Origin: Chloroflexota bacterium | GTDB taxonomy: Bacteria; Chloroflexota; Dehalococcoidia; Lucifugimonadales; Lucifugimonadaceae | Assembly: GCA_002717385.1 (NCBI GenBank) | Contig: PBDR01000017.1 | Location: 8,847-72,846 of the forward strand | Length of the DNA stretch: 64,000 nt | Reading direction: 5' to 3' | The notes under the pieces: generated by a model | Seen by the model: only the letters and a program-made list of their open reading frames with translations | What the model was told of the DNA's origin: nothing | Databases searched by the model: none | In this document: piece after piece, positions 56,874 through 64,000 of the stretch | Layout of the letters: every line of letters begins with the position of its first letter | Numbering within the stretch: position 1 is the stretch's first letter | Made by a program: the position numbers and the translations under genes

Positions 56874-57644
56874 ATGAAACAAAATATCATGATAAAAAAT
56901 TATAAATGGTCTGATCAGCAATATGAATCACATGAATTCGCAGTAAAAGAAATTTATAAAATATTGGATGAAGTTTTTTTATTTCTAAGTGAAAATATAA
57001 GATGGGCTTTGACAGATCATGATTTATCCGAATATATAAATGGATTATTGGAAAGATACGAATTAAAGTCTAGTGCACCTCCACTAATAGCATTTGGATT
57101 AAATTCATCTAAGCGGAATTATTTACCAAACCCATCAGAATCAGTAATTATCAGAAGAAATGGATGGCTATTAATTAACATTACTGCGAAAAAAAATGAT
57201 GAAAATTTTAGTGAAAATATCTATGCTGATTTAAATACTTCCGTAATTTTAGGTAATTCAACTACTGAAAATGAAAAACAATTATTCTCTACTGTTACTG
57301 AAACTAGAGATTTATGTTACGAATTTCTAAAAGAAAAGGTTAATAAAAAATCATTTGTTTCCATTTCAGAAATAAATGATCTCGCCAAAAAAAATTTCTC
57401 CAAATATAAATTACAAAAATATTTTTCAGGTAACTCAGTCTCAATATTAGGAAAAAAATTATCATCCCCAAAAAAATCTTCATTACATCAATTGAAAGAA
57501 GGTGCAATAATAAATATCGCTCCAAGCTTATATACAGATTCAATTGGAGTCAAATCTAACTTAAATGTAATAATTTCTGATTTTGATACTAAAATAACAA
57601 ATCAAAAGCAAGAAAAAATTAAATATATTGACACCTCAACTTAA
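56874..57644 (+). CDS. M24 (pita-bread) fold-like protein with substituted metal ligands
   Basis: 256 aa. Collinear by eye with the M24 catalytic domain, but ligand positions read LINITAK, YADLNTS, SGNSVS, NIAPS, SNLN (see findings). Confidence 0.45.
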   Translation: MKQNIMIKNYKWSDQQYESHEFAVKEIYKILDEVFLFLSENIRWALTDHDLSEYINGLLERYELKSSAPPLIAFGLNSSKRNYLPNPSESVIIRRNGWLLINITAKKNDENFSENIYADLNTSVILGNSTTENEKQLFSTVTETRDLCYEFLKEKVNKKSFVSISEINDLAKKNFSKYKLQKYFSGNSVSILGKKLSSPKKSSLHQLKEGAIINIAPSLYTDSIGVKSNLNVIISDFDTKITNQKQEKIKYIDTST

Positions 57645-58438
57645 TTATCCCACATATGATTTATAGGTCCATTTCCCTGTCCTATAGAATAAGATTCTTT
57701 TATACCTTTCCAAACATAGTTTTTAGCTAATCTAAAAGCTTGATCTAAATCATTCCCTTGTGCAATAAATGATGCTATAGCGGAGGAAAAAGAGCACCCA
57801 GTTCCATGAGTGTTTACGCTATTTATTCGATCTAGAGAAATGTCAAGAAAAATATTTCCATCATATAATATATCGATTGCTTTTTTATCAGCTAAATGCC
57901 CACCTTTTATAATCACGTTCTTAACACCGTGACTGTATATTTTTTTTGCAGCTTCCGCCATAGAATCAATATCATTTACTCGTATTCCACTTAAATATTC
58001 TGCTTCAAATCGATTGGGGGTTGCAAGATAGGAAATAGGTAACAATTTTTCAATGTAACTATTTACTGCTTCATCTTGTAATAATTTGTGCCCAGAAGTT
58101 GAAACAATCACAGGATCAACAATTAAATATTTCCATGAATATTCTAAAGATTTATCTGAAACAAGACTAATTATTTCATTAGAAAAAAGCATCCCTGTTT
58201 TCACTGTAGAAGGTTGAATATCCAGACATACTGAATCTATTTGTTGCGCTATCAAATCAATGTTTATTTCTTGTATACCTTGTACACCGATAGTATTCTG
58301 AGCTGTAACTGCGGTAATAACTGATGCACCATAGGAACCTGTAGCAGCAAAAGTTTTTAAATCAGCTTGGATCCCGGCACCTCCACCAGAGTCAGAACCA
58401 GCAATTGTTAAGATTTTAGATATTTTATTAGAATTCAA
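57641..58438 (-). CDS. thiD: Hydroxymethylpyrimidine/phosphomethylpyrimidine kinase
   Basis: [43 protein letters not shown]. Confidence 0.9.
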   Translation of the reverse strand: MNSNKISKILTIAGSDSGGGAGIQADLKTFAATGSYGASVITAVTAQNTIGVQGIQEINIDLIAQQIDSVCLDIQPSTVKTGMLFSNEIISLVSDKSLEYSWKYLIVDPVIVSTSGHKLLQDEAVNSYIEKLLPISYLATPNRFEAEYLSGIRVNDIDSMAEAAKKIYSHGVKNVIIKGGHLADKKAIDILYDGNIFLDISLDRINSVNTHGTGCSFSSAIASFIAQGNDLDQAFRLAKNYVWKGIKESYSIGQGNGPINHMWDN

Positions 58439-58530
58439 TTTTTCGTTTTTTTAATCTTTATTTATTGATTAAATCTATTCATACTATATTAATCTAATTA
58501 ATCTAAATAAAAAAATTTAGGGACAGATTA

Positions 58531-59238
58531 TTGCAAAAAATTAAATGTATTTTATTTGATGTATTTGGTACTGTAGTAGATTGGCGAGAATCTATCGCAT
58601 CAGAAGCATCACTTTTAGGAAAAAAATATAAGATCAATGGTAATTGGTATGAATTTGCTGATAAATGGAGAAATGCTTATAACACTGAGATACAGTCTGT
58701 TAATCAAGGAAAAAGAAATTGGATAAGTGTTGATGATATCCATATGGAAAGATTAGAAACTTTATTGGAAGAGTATAAATTTCCAAAATTAGAAAAAGAA
58801 AAAAAAATATCGTTTAATCAATCTTGGCACAGGTTGAAACCTTGGCCTGATTCTGTAGAAGGATTACAAAGATTAAAATCAAAATATATTATCGCACCTT
58901 TATCAAATGGGAATATGTCATTATTGACTAATATGGGAAAATATTCAAATTTGCCATGGGATGCCATTATATCTGCAGAACTTTCAACAAAATATAAACC
59001 TGATCCTTCGGTTTATCAATTAGGTGCAAAATTAATGGGTTGTAAGACTTCTGAAACATTAATGGTAGCAGCACATAAATTTGACCTTATTGGTGCACTA
59101 AATGCCGGGTTACTTGCAGCTATGGTGATTAGACCAAAAGAATTTGGTGAAAGAAAAGCAGATATAGACAATGATACAAGATGGGAATATTATTCTAAAG
59201 ATTTTAATGAATTAGCGGATCAACTAAATTGCAAATAA
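58531..59238 (+). CDS. HAD-superfamily hydrolase, haloacid-dehalogenase type II-like
   Basis: TTG start. ILFDVFGTVVDW (motif I Asp), PLSNGN, KYKPDP. Confidence 0.7.
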   Translation: MQKIKCILFDVFGTVVDWRESIASEASLLGKKYKINGNWYEFADKWRNAYNTEIQSVNQGKRNWISVDDIHMERLETLLEEYKFPKLEKEKKISFNQSWHRLKPWPDSVEGLQRLKSKYIIAPLSNGNMSLLTNMGKYSNLPWDAIISAELSTKYKPDPSVYQLGAKLMGCKTSETLMVAAHKFDLIGALNAGLLAAMVIRPKEFGERKADIDNDTRWEYYSKDFNELADQLNCK

Positions 59239-59248
59239 GTTAATAAAT

Positions 59249-60118
59249 ATGACATGGAAATTTGAAAACGCAGCACCAGTTATTGGGTCAATCACAGAAG
59301 GGAATTGCTGGGACGGAAAGTTCATGTTATATTCCAATATTGCTATGAATAGGATTCTAAAATTTAATCCTAAAAACAATTTAGTAAGTGTTTTCTGTGA
59401 AAATACAGAAGGAATTAATGGTCTTAATTTCGATGTCGAAGGCAATTTGTTTGGTTGTTCTGGAAATGGTAGGAAAATTGTTCAGATCGATACAAGTGGA
59501 AAAATCAAAAAAATAGTTGATCGGCTTGATGGATTGAAATTGAATGAACCAAATGATTTAGCGATTACGCCAGATGGAGAAATATATTTTTCTGACCGAA
59601 TTGAAAATGTATCAAAAGGTATGGGAATTAATCATTCTTCAATAATTTCAGCAAAAAAAATTGATGGTAAGTACGAATGCTTTAGACGTACATTTGATAC
59701 ATCAATGCCAAATGGGTTATTATTTTCAAAAGATTACAAATATCTATATGTAGCACAAAGTGACTACCGTGCAAGTGAAAAACGAGAGTTAAGAGCTTAT
59801 CCAGTAAACGATGATGGATCATTAGGTAAATATGAAATACTCCATGATTTTGGTCCTCATAGGGGCATTGATGGTATGACTTTATCTGAAGAAGGTTATA
59901 TTGTTGCGTGTAATGGATGGGAAATATCTGGACCTGGTGGAATGATAACCATTTTTGATCAAAAAGGTAGAATACTTGAAACACATCCTACTCCATCATT
60001 AAGACCTACAAATTGTACTTTTATAGATCAAGATCTTTATGTGACTTCAATTGAAGGTCATTTATTAGTCGCAAAAAATACTGGTCTAAAAGGTTATTTA
60101 CTGTATCCTAAAAAGTAA
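59249..60118 (+). CDS. SMP-30/gluconolactonase/LRE-like beta-propeller protein
   Basis: 289 aa. NEPNDLAITPDGEIYFSD, PNGLLFS, ILHDFGPHRGIDGMTL. Confidence 0.75.
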   Translation: MTWKFENAAPVIGSITEGNCWDGKFMLYSNIAMNRILKFNPKNNLVSVFCENTEGINGLNFDVEGNLFGCSGNGRKIVQIDTSGKIKKIVDRLDGLKLNEPNDLAITPDGEIYFSDRIENVSKGMGINHSSIISAKKIDGKYECFRRTFDTSMPNGLLFSKDYKYLYVAQSDYRASEKRELRAYPVNDDGSLGKYEILHDFGPHRGIDGMTLSEEGYIVACNGWEISGPGGMITIFDQKGRILETHPTPSLRPTNCTFIDQDLYVTSIEGHLLVAKNTGLKGYLLYPKK

Positions 60119-60132
60119 AATGGAGAATTGAA

Positions 60133-61026
60133 TTGAAGAAAGAATGGCAATGGGAACTTATAAATGAACATGAATCTTTAACCGAAGGTCCTCTGTGGAT
60201 TGGAAAGGGTCTTATATATAATGAATGTTATAAAAACACTACTTATTTCTGGGATCCTAAAACCCTAAATACTTCAATTTGGAGAGAAAACACTGGTGGT
60301 GCTAATGGGATGGCATTTGATCGTTCTGGAGAAATTTATGTTTGTGAAGGAGAAAATCACAGATTAGTAAACATAGACATAAAAAACCCTAACTCCATGC
60401 CTAAATTAATTACAACAAATCAAACTATAGATAAATTAAATATGCCAAACGACTTGGCTATAAATTCCAATGGGCAAATATATTTTTCTGATCCTAATTA
60501 TTCTGACAAACCAAATTCTAGAGAAAATGAGTCGATTTACTTAATTGAAAACACTTTCGGAGGATTTTATCAGGTATCACAAGTTACTTTTGATACTAAA
60601 AAACCTAATGGCGTTTTGTTATCTGTAGATCAAAAAAGTTTATTCGTAGCCGAATCACCTCTCGATATTAATTTTTCAAGACAACTAAGAAGTTATCCTA
60701 TCAAAAGTAATGGAACTTTAGACGATTATAAAATTTTACATGATTTTGGACCTCACAGAGGTATAGATGGTATGACTTTGACATCTGAAGGAAATATTTT
60801 AGCTACTGCAGGATCCAACAATTCAGGACCAGGTTCAATGATTTACGAATTTAATGAATCCGGTAGGATAATTACAACTCACCTATGTCCATCAAATGAA
60901 CCTACTAATTGTTCTTTCGGTGGGGTTAATAATGACATCCTTTTTATAACATTCGCTACTGGGAAAGTATATCAAGTTAAAAACTCTAATCATATAGGAC
61001 AAATATCATATCCGTCTACAAATTAA
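60133..61026 (+). CDS. SMP-30/gluconolactonase/LRE-like beta-propeller protein (paralog)
   Basis: TTG start after GGAG. NMPNDLAINSNGQIYFSDP, PNGVLLS, ILHDFGPHRGIDGMTL. Confidence 0.75.
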   Translation: MKKEWQWELINEHESLTEGPLWIGKGLIYNECYKNTTYFWDPKTLNTSIWRENTGGANGMAFDRSGEIYVCEGENHRLVNIDIKNPNSMPKLITTNQTIDKLNMPNDLAINSNGQIYFSDPNYSDKPNSRENESIYLIENTFGGFYQVSQVTFDTKKPNGVLLSVDQKSLFVAESPLDINFSRQLRSYPIKSNGTLDDYKILHDFGPHRGIDGMTLTSEGNILATAGSNNSGPGSMIYEFNESGRIITTHLCPSNEPTNCSFGGVNNDILFITFATGKVYQVKNSNHIGQISYPSTN

Positions 61027-61029
61027 TTC

Positions 61030-62040
61030 CTAATCGAAAAATTCATTCGTAAAACTTGAATCACCATCAAAATTCTCTGGTAATTGACCTCGTAACTTCA
61101 TCCAATCAACAAATTCATTCCAACGATCGGGATCAATATACCCAAATTCTGGATTTTGGTTATCAGACCATATGGGCACTAATAATTCTATGCCCGCTCT
61201 TTCAACTTCTATATCCAGTGATGGAGGTGTCATAGAAATAAGTGTACTTAAAGCATCAGATCCATCATCTAAGGCAGTTGTATAACCACTCGACACTGCT
61301 TTCACCATTCGTTTAACCAAATTGGGAGTTTGATTTAAAGTGTCTTCTGAAGTCACAAGAACAAGTTCATAATAAGGTGGGACTCCCCACTGATCAGGCA
61401 TTATGATAGAAACTTCAAAGCCTTCATTTTCCATAACAATAGACTCGTGTGTCCAATAAGCACCAATAATAGCATCAACTTCACCACTCATTAACGCTGG
61501 TGCTAATGACCAACCAACATCAATTAATTCAACATCATAAATAGTTAAACCTTCTGACTCCAGCATTGTAGCCAACATAGATCTGTTCCAATCAATTCCT
61601 GGATAACCTATTTTTTTACCAGCAAGATCAAATGGTCTATTTATTTTCGAATCCTTCAAACTCATAATGGCATTAAGTGGTTTATTTACAATACTCGCAA
61701 CAGCAACCACTGGGATACCTTCATTTTGAGCTAACAGTAGATCTGGCTGATAAAATATACCAAAATCAATATCATCAGTACTTACTAGAGAAAGAATTGT
61801 CGCTGGATCTGATGGAGCTTCAATAGATATATTTATTCGGTTTTCTTTAAAGTGATCATACTTTATAGCAGAATAAAGACCAGCATGATTAGCATTTGGA
61901 AACCAATCCAAAATTATTTCTACAAAATTAAAATCAGGTGAATGAGTTTCTGTTTTTTTTTCTTCTTCTTTTTCAAACACACTACAAGATGTTATGAAAA
62001 ACATAAAAAGCAAGATAAAAAAATAAAGTGATTTATTCAT
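61030..62040 (-). CDS. NMT1/THI5-like ABC substrate-binding lipoprotein (ThiY-like)
   Basis: Lipobox ITSC. LDWFPNANHAGLYSA is typical of NMT1/THI5/SsuA-type binders. Last gene of the riboswitch-led operon. Confidence 0.75.
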   Translation of the reverse strand: MNKSLYFFILLFMFFITSCSVFEKEEEKKTETHSPDFNFVEIILDWFPNANHAGLYSAIKYDHFKENRINISIEAPSDPATILSLVSTDDIDFGIFYQPDLLLAQNEGIPVVAVASIVNKPLNAIMSLKDSKINRPFDLAGKKIGYPGIDWNRSMLATMLESEGLTIYDVELIDVGWSLAPALMSGEVDAIIGAYWTHESIVMENEGFEVSIIMPDQWGVPPYYELVLVTSEDTLNQTPNLVKRMVKAVSSGYTTALDDGSDALSTLISMTPPSLDIEVERAGIELLVPIWSDNQNPEFGYIDPDRWNEFVDWMKLRGQLPENFDGDSSFTNEFFD

Positions 62041-62090
62041 TACAATTTCCTTATTTCATATTCTATTATATTTTTTAATACAAATATACA

Positions 62091-62843
62091 TTAATTTTTC
62101 GGATATCTTTTTAAGATAAATTTTTCCAATAGGATTGTAAATAAATACAATGCAATAGCAATAACTGATAATGCAAAAATAGAAGCAAATACCCTCTCAG
62201 TTTTGAATTGAGGTCCAGATAATTTTATTAACCAACCTAATCCTGCACTGGAACCAATCCACTCACCTATTACAGCACCTATAACTGCTAGGACAGATGC
62301 AACCTTTATTCCAGAAAATATTTGTGGCAAAGCTCCAGGAATATATAATTTAAGATAAATTTGGAACTTATTAGCACCAAGAGTTTTGAACATATCTACC
62401 ATGACTTTATCACTCGATTTTAATCCATTTACAGTTGTTATGACAACTGGGAAAAATGTGAATAAAACTACAACAACTATTTTAGAAGCAATTCCAGTTC
62501 CAAACCAAACAACAATCAAAGGAGCTAAAGTAAAAATTGGAATAATTAGCGATGTGATAACAAAAGGAAAAACAGCTTTATTTATGATTGATGACCAGGA
62601 AATTGCAATAGATAATGAAAAAGCTAATATAAGAGAAATAGTTAAACCAAAGAAAATTTCTTTGACAGTCACCTGAGAATGCATTAGTAACAGCATGAAA
62701 CTATTCAATAATTCAACAATTATTTGACTGGGAGCCGGTAAGAGCCAATCAGGAACATCGAAAATCTTTACAGAAATTTCCCATAAAAAAAATCCAAATA
62801 AAAAAAGTATGAATGCAGGTAACCAATCTCTAAACAAATTCAA
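62091..62843 (-). CDS. ABC transporter permease, NitT/TauT family (ThiX-like)
   Basis: 250 aa, 6 TM, EAA-like loop FKTLGANKFQIYLKLYIPGALP. 4-nt overlap with the ATPase gene. Confidence 0.8.
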   Translation of the reverse strand: MNLFRDWLPAFILFLFGFFLWEISVKIFDVPDWLLPAPSQIIVELLNSFMLLLMHSQVTVKEIFFGLTISLILAFSLSIAISWSSIINKAVFPFVITSLIIPIFTLAPLIVVWFGTGIASKIVVVVLFTFFPVVITTVNGLKSSDKVMVDMFKTLGANKFQIYLKLYIPGALPQIFSGIKVASVLAVIGAVIGEWIGSSAGLGWLIKLSGPQFKTERVFASIFALSVIAIALYLFTILLEKFILKRYPKN

Positions 62844-63610
62844 TTTGAACCTTTTCCAAGTTTTAGTAATTCCAAAATTTGTCTACGAATCAATAAGTAG
62901 GATTCATTAAAAATAATGTCCCCATTTTTTTCTATAATATTAGATGTACTAATTTCTTTAATAATTCCAAAATCTTTGTCTCCCATAACAAAAATTTTGC
63001 TTGAAAGTAGTATTGCTTCATCAATATCATGAGTGACTAATAAAACCGTTCTGGGATAATCAACAAGAATGTTTTTTAACCATTTCCGCAATGATGTTCT
63101 TGTAATAGCATCCACAGATCCAAATGGTTCGTCTAGCAATAAAATTTCATTGCTCAACAACATATTACGTAAAAATGCTATCCTTTGCTTCATTCCACCA
63201 GACATTTGCCAAGGCATTTTATATAAAGACTCAAATAATCCAAATTCCCGAAATAATTTAATAGCAATCTTTTTAGATTTATCTTTTGAAAAACCGTTAA
63301 TCTCTAATCCCAAAATAGCATTATCTAATGCATTTCTCCAAGGTAATAGTGTATCTTGTTGGTGCATATGGGAAGTTTTCCCAAGGGTAGATACTTCTTG
63401 TCCATCAATAGTGATTTTGCCTGATTCTGGTAATTCAAGACCTGAAATAATGTTTAATAAAGTGCTCTTCCCTGAACCAGAAGGTCCAATTAATGAAACA
63501 AACTCGCCTTTTTGAATATCCAAATTTATATTTCTTAAAACAAGCTGATCATCATAAGAATAATAGACATTCTTTATAGATAAACTAGTGTTCATTAGAT
63601 CATTCTTCAT
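62840..63610 (-). CDS. ABC transporter ATP-binding protein (ThiZ-like)
   Basis: Walker A GPSGSGKST, signature MSGGMKQR, Walker B LLLDEPF. ATG at 63610 or 63595 is more plausible than the TTG at 63646. Confidence 0.85.
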   Translation of the reverse strand: MKNDLMNTSLSIKNVYYSYDDQLVLRNINLDIQKGEFVSLIGPSGSGKSTLLNIISGLELPESGKITIDGQEVSTLGKTSHMHQQDTLLPWRNALDNAILGLEINGFSKDKSKKIAIKLFREFGLFESLYKMPWQMSGGMKQRIAFLRNMLLSNEILLLDEPFGSVDAITRTSLRKWLKNILVDYPRTVLLVTHDIDEAILLSSKIFVMGDKDFGIIKEISTSNIIEKNGDIIFNESYLLIRRQILELLKLGKGSN

Positions 63611-63666
63611 CTTGTTAATCCAATTAATATTTAATAACCTGATCAACTATAGATAAGTAGATATAA

Positions 63667-63746
63667 TCCCTACGCTGGTATTATCCAGATCAGGTTAACG
63701 GGTCGGTATATCTTTACCCTCTCAGTCCAAAAATGAACTCCCCGAG
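63667..63746 (-). promoter_or_regulatory. TPP (THI-box) riboswitch
   Basis: The minus-strand RNA reads CUCGGGGAGUUCAUUUUUGGACUGAGAGGGUAAAGAUAUACCGACCCGUUAACCUGAUCUGGAUAAUACCAGCGUAGGGA. It contains the invariant GGGG, CUGAGA, ACCC and ACCUGAUCUGGAUAAUACCAGCGUAGGGA elements. It lies directly 5' of the ABC ATPase gene. Confidence 0.9.
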
Positions 63747-63872
63747 AAAGAAAATCAAAATTAAAGTGAAATTCTACATTAATAATATAGGAAACAATTA
63801 TACTTGAAACCAATAATTGTAAGCATAAATAGTAAGTTATATTCTTAAATTCAAAAAAAATCTTCGTAAATT

Positions 63873-63998
63873 TTGGAAACTCGTGAAGACATAAAAGATA
63901 TTTTATCCTGTGATATATGCGGTAATATAATGCTTGATTTACACTGTAAAATAAAATGTGAAAACTGCGGTTTTTTCAGAGATTGTTCTGACCCATAA
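63873..63998 (+). CDS. Candidate 41-aa Cys-rich zinc-ribbon mini-protein
   Basis: Not in the ORF track. TTG start, translation (M)ETREDIKDILSCDICGNIMLDLHCKIKCENCGFFRDCSDP with a stop at 63996-63998. Six Cys including CxxC pairs. No clear SD. Confidence 0.25.
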   Translation: METREDIKDILSCDICGNIMLDLHCKIKCENCGFFRDCSDP

Positions 63999-64000
63999 AA

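Noticed and set aside
1-64000. CRISPR arrays, transposases, integrases, prophage genes, toxin-antitoxin or known defence systems
   Set aside because: I scanned the ORF translations and spacers. I saw no repeat-spacer periodicity, DDE or tyrosine/serine recombinase motifs, phage structural genes, or typical small TA pairs.

Overview
AT-rich, very gene-dense chromosomal segment. It holds about 70 genes, has almost no non-coding DNA, many 1-4 nt gene overlaps and several TTG starts. My spot counts of 60-nt samples gave about 30-35% GC in most genes and 40-48% in a few conserved enzyme genes. The organism looks bacterial: a tRNA with encoded CCA, lipobox lipoproteins, folP/folK and lipB. The gene content suggests a streamlined aerobic heterotroph. 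The paralog pattern (several enolase-superfamily, SMP-30/gluconolactonase, SDR and CoA-transferase genes), the single-chain GlyRS, the 11-subunit nuo operon and the non-classical SDH are compatible with a marine Chloroflexota/SAR202-like lineage, but that is inference only. Core content: fumC (5' truncated by the window edge), RidA, glyQS, folP-folK, a PccB-like carboxyltransferase, mdh, and a roughly 16-kb co-directional minus-strand block. That block reads nuoABCDHIJK, a small ORF, nuoLMN, nadK, a NUDIX gene, then sdhA, sdhB and a CCG-domain subunit. A 2-oxoacid dehydrogenase E1a-E1b-E2-lipB-thrC string follows. Accessory content: three divergent enolase-superfamily genes, a split D-glutamate-cyclase-like pair, one intact and one apparently dead M24 protein, two SDRs, a SUOX-fold Mo-domain plus FNR-like reductase pair, XdhC plus MocA/MobA-like accessory genes without a Mo-hydroxylase, a CoA-transferase/crotonase pair, a peptide-type ABC importer without ATPase genes, two tandem SMP-30-like genes, and a thiamine-salvage locus (thiD plus a TPP-riboswitch-controlled ThiZXY-like ABC importer). 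RNA elements: one tRNA(CAT), one TPP riboswitch and one strong intercistronic terminator-like hairpin. I saw no rRNA, CRISPR array, transposase, integrase, prophage or recognisable defence system. I could not identify one clear-cut novel multi-gene system. The best candidates for follow-up are listed as findings, and all functional calls rest on motif recognition by eye, not on searches.
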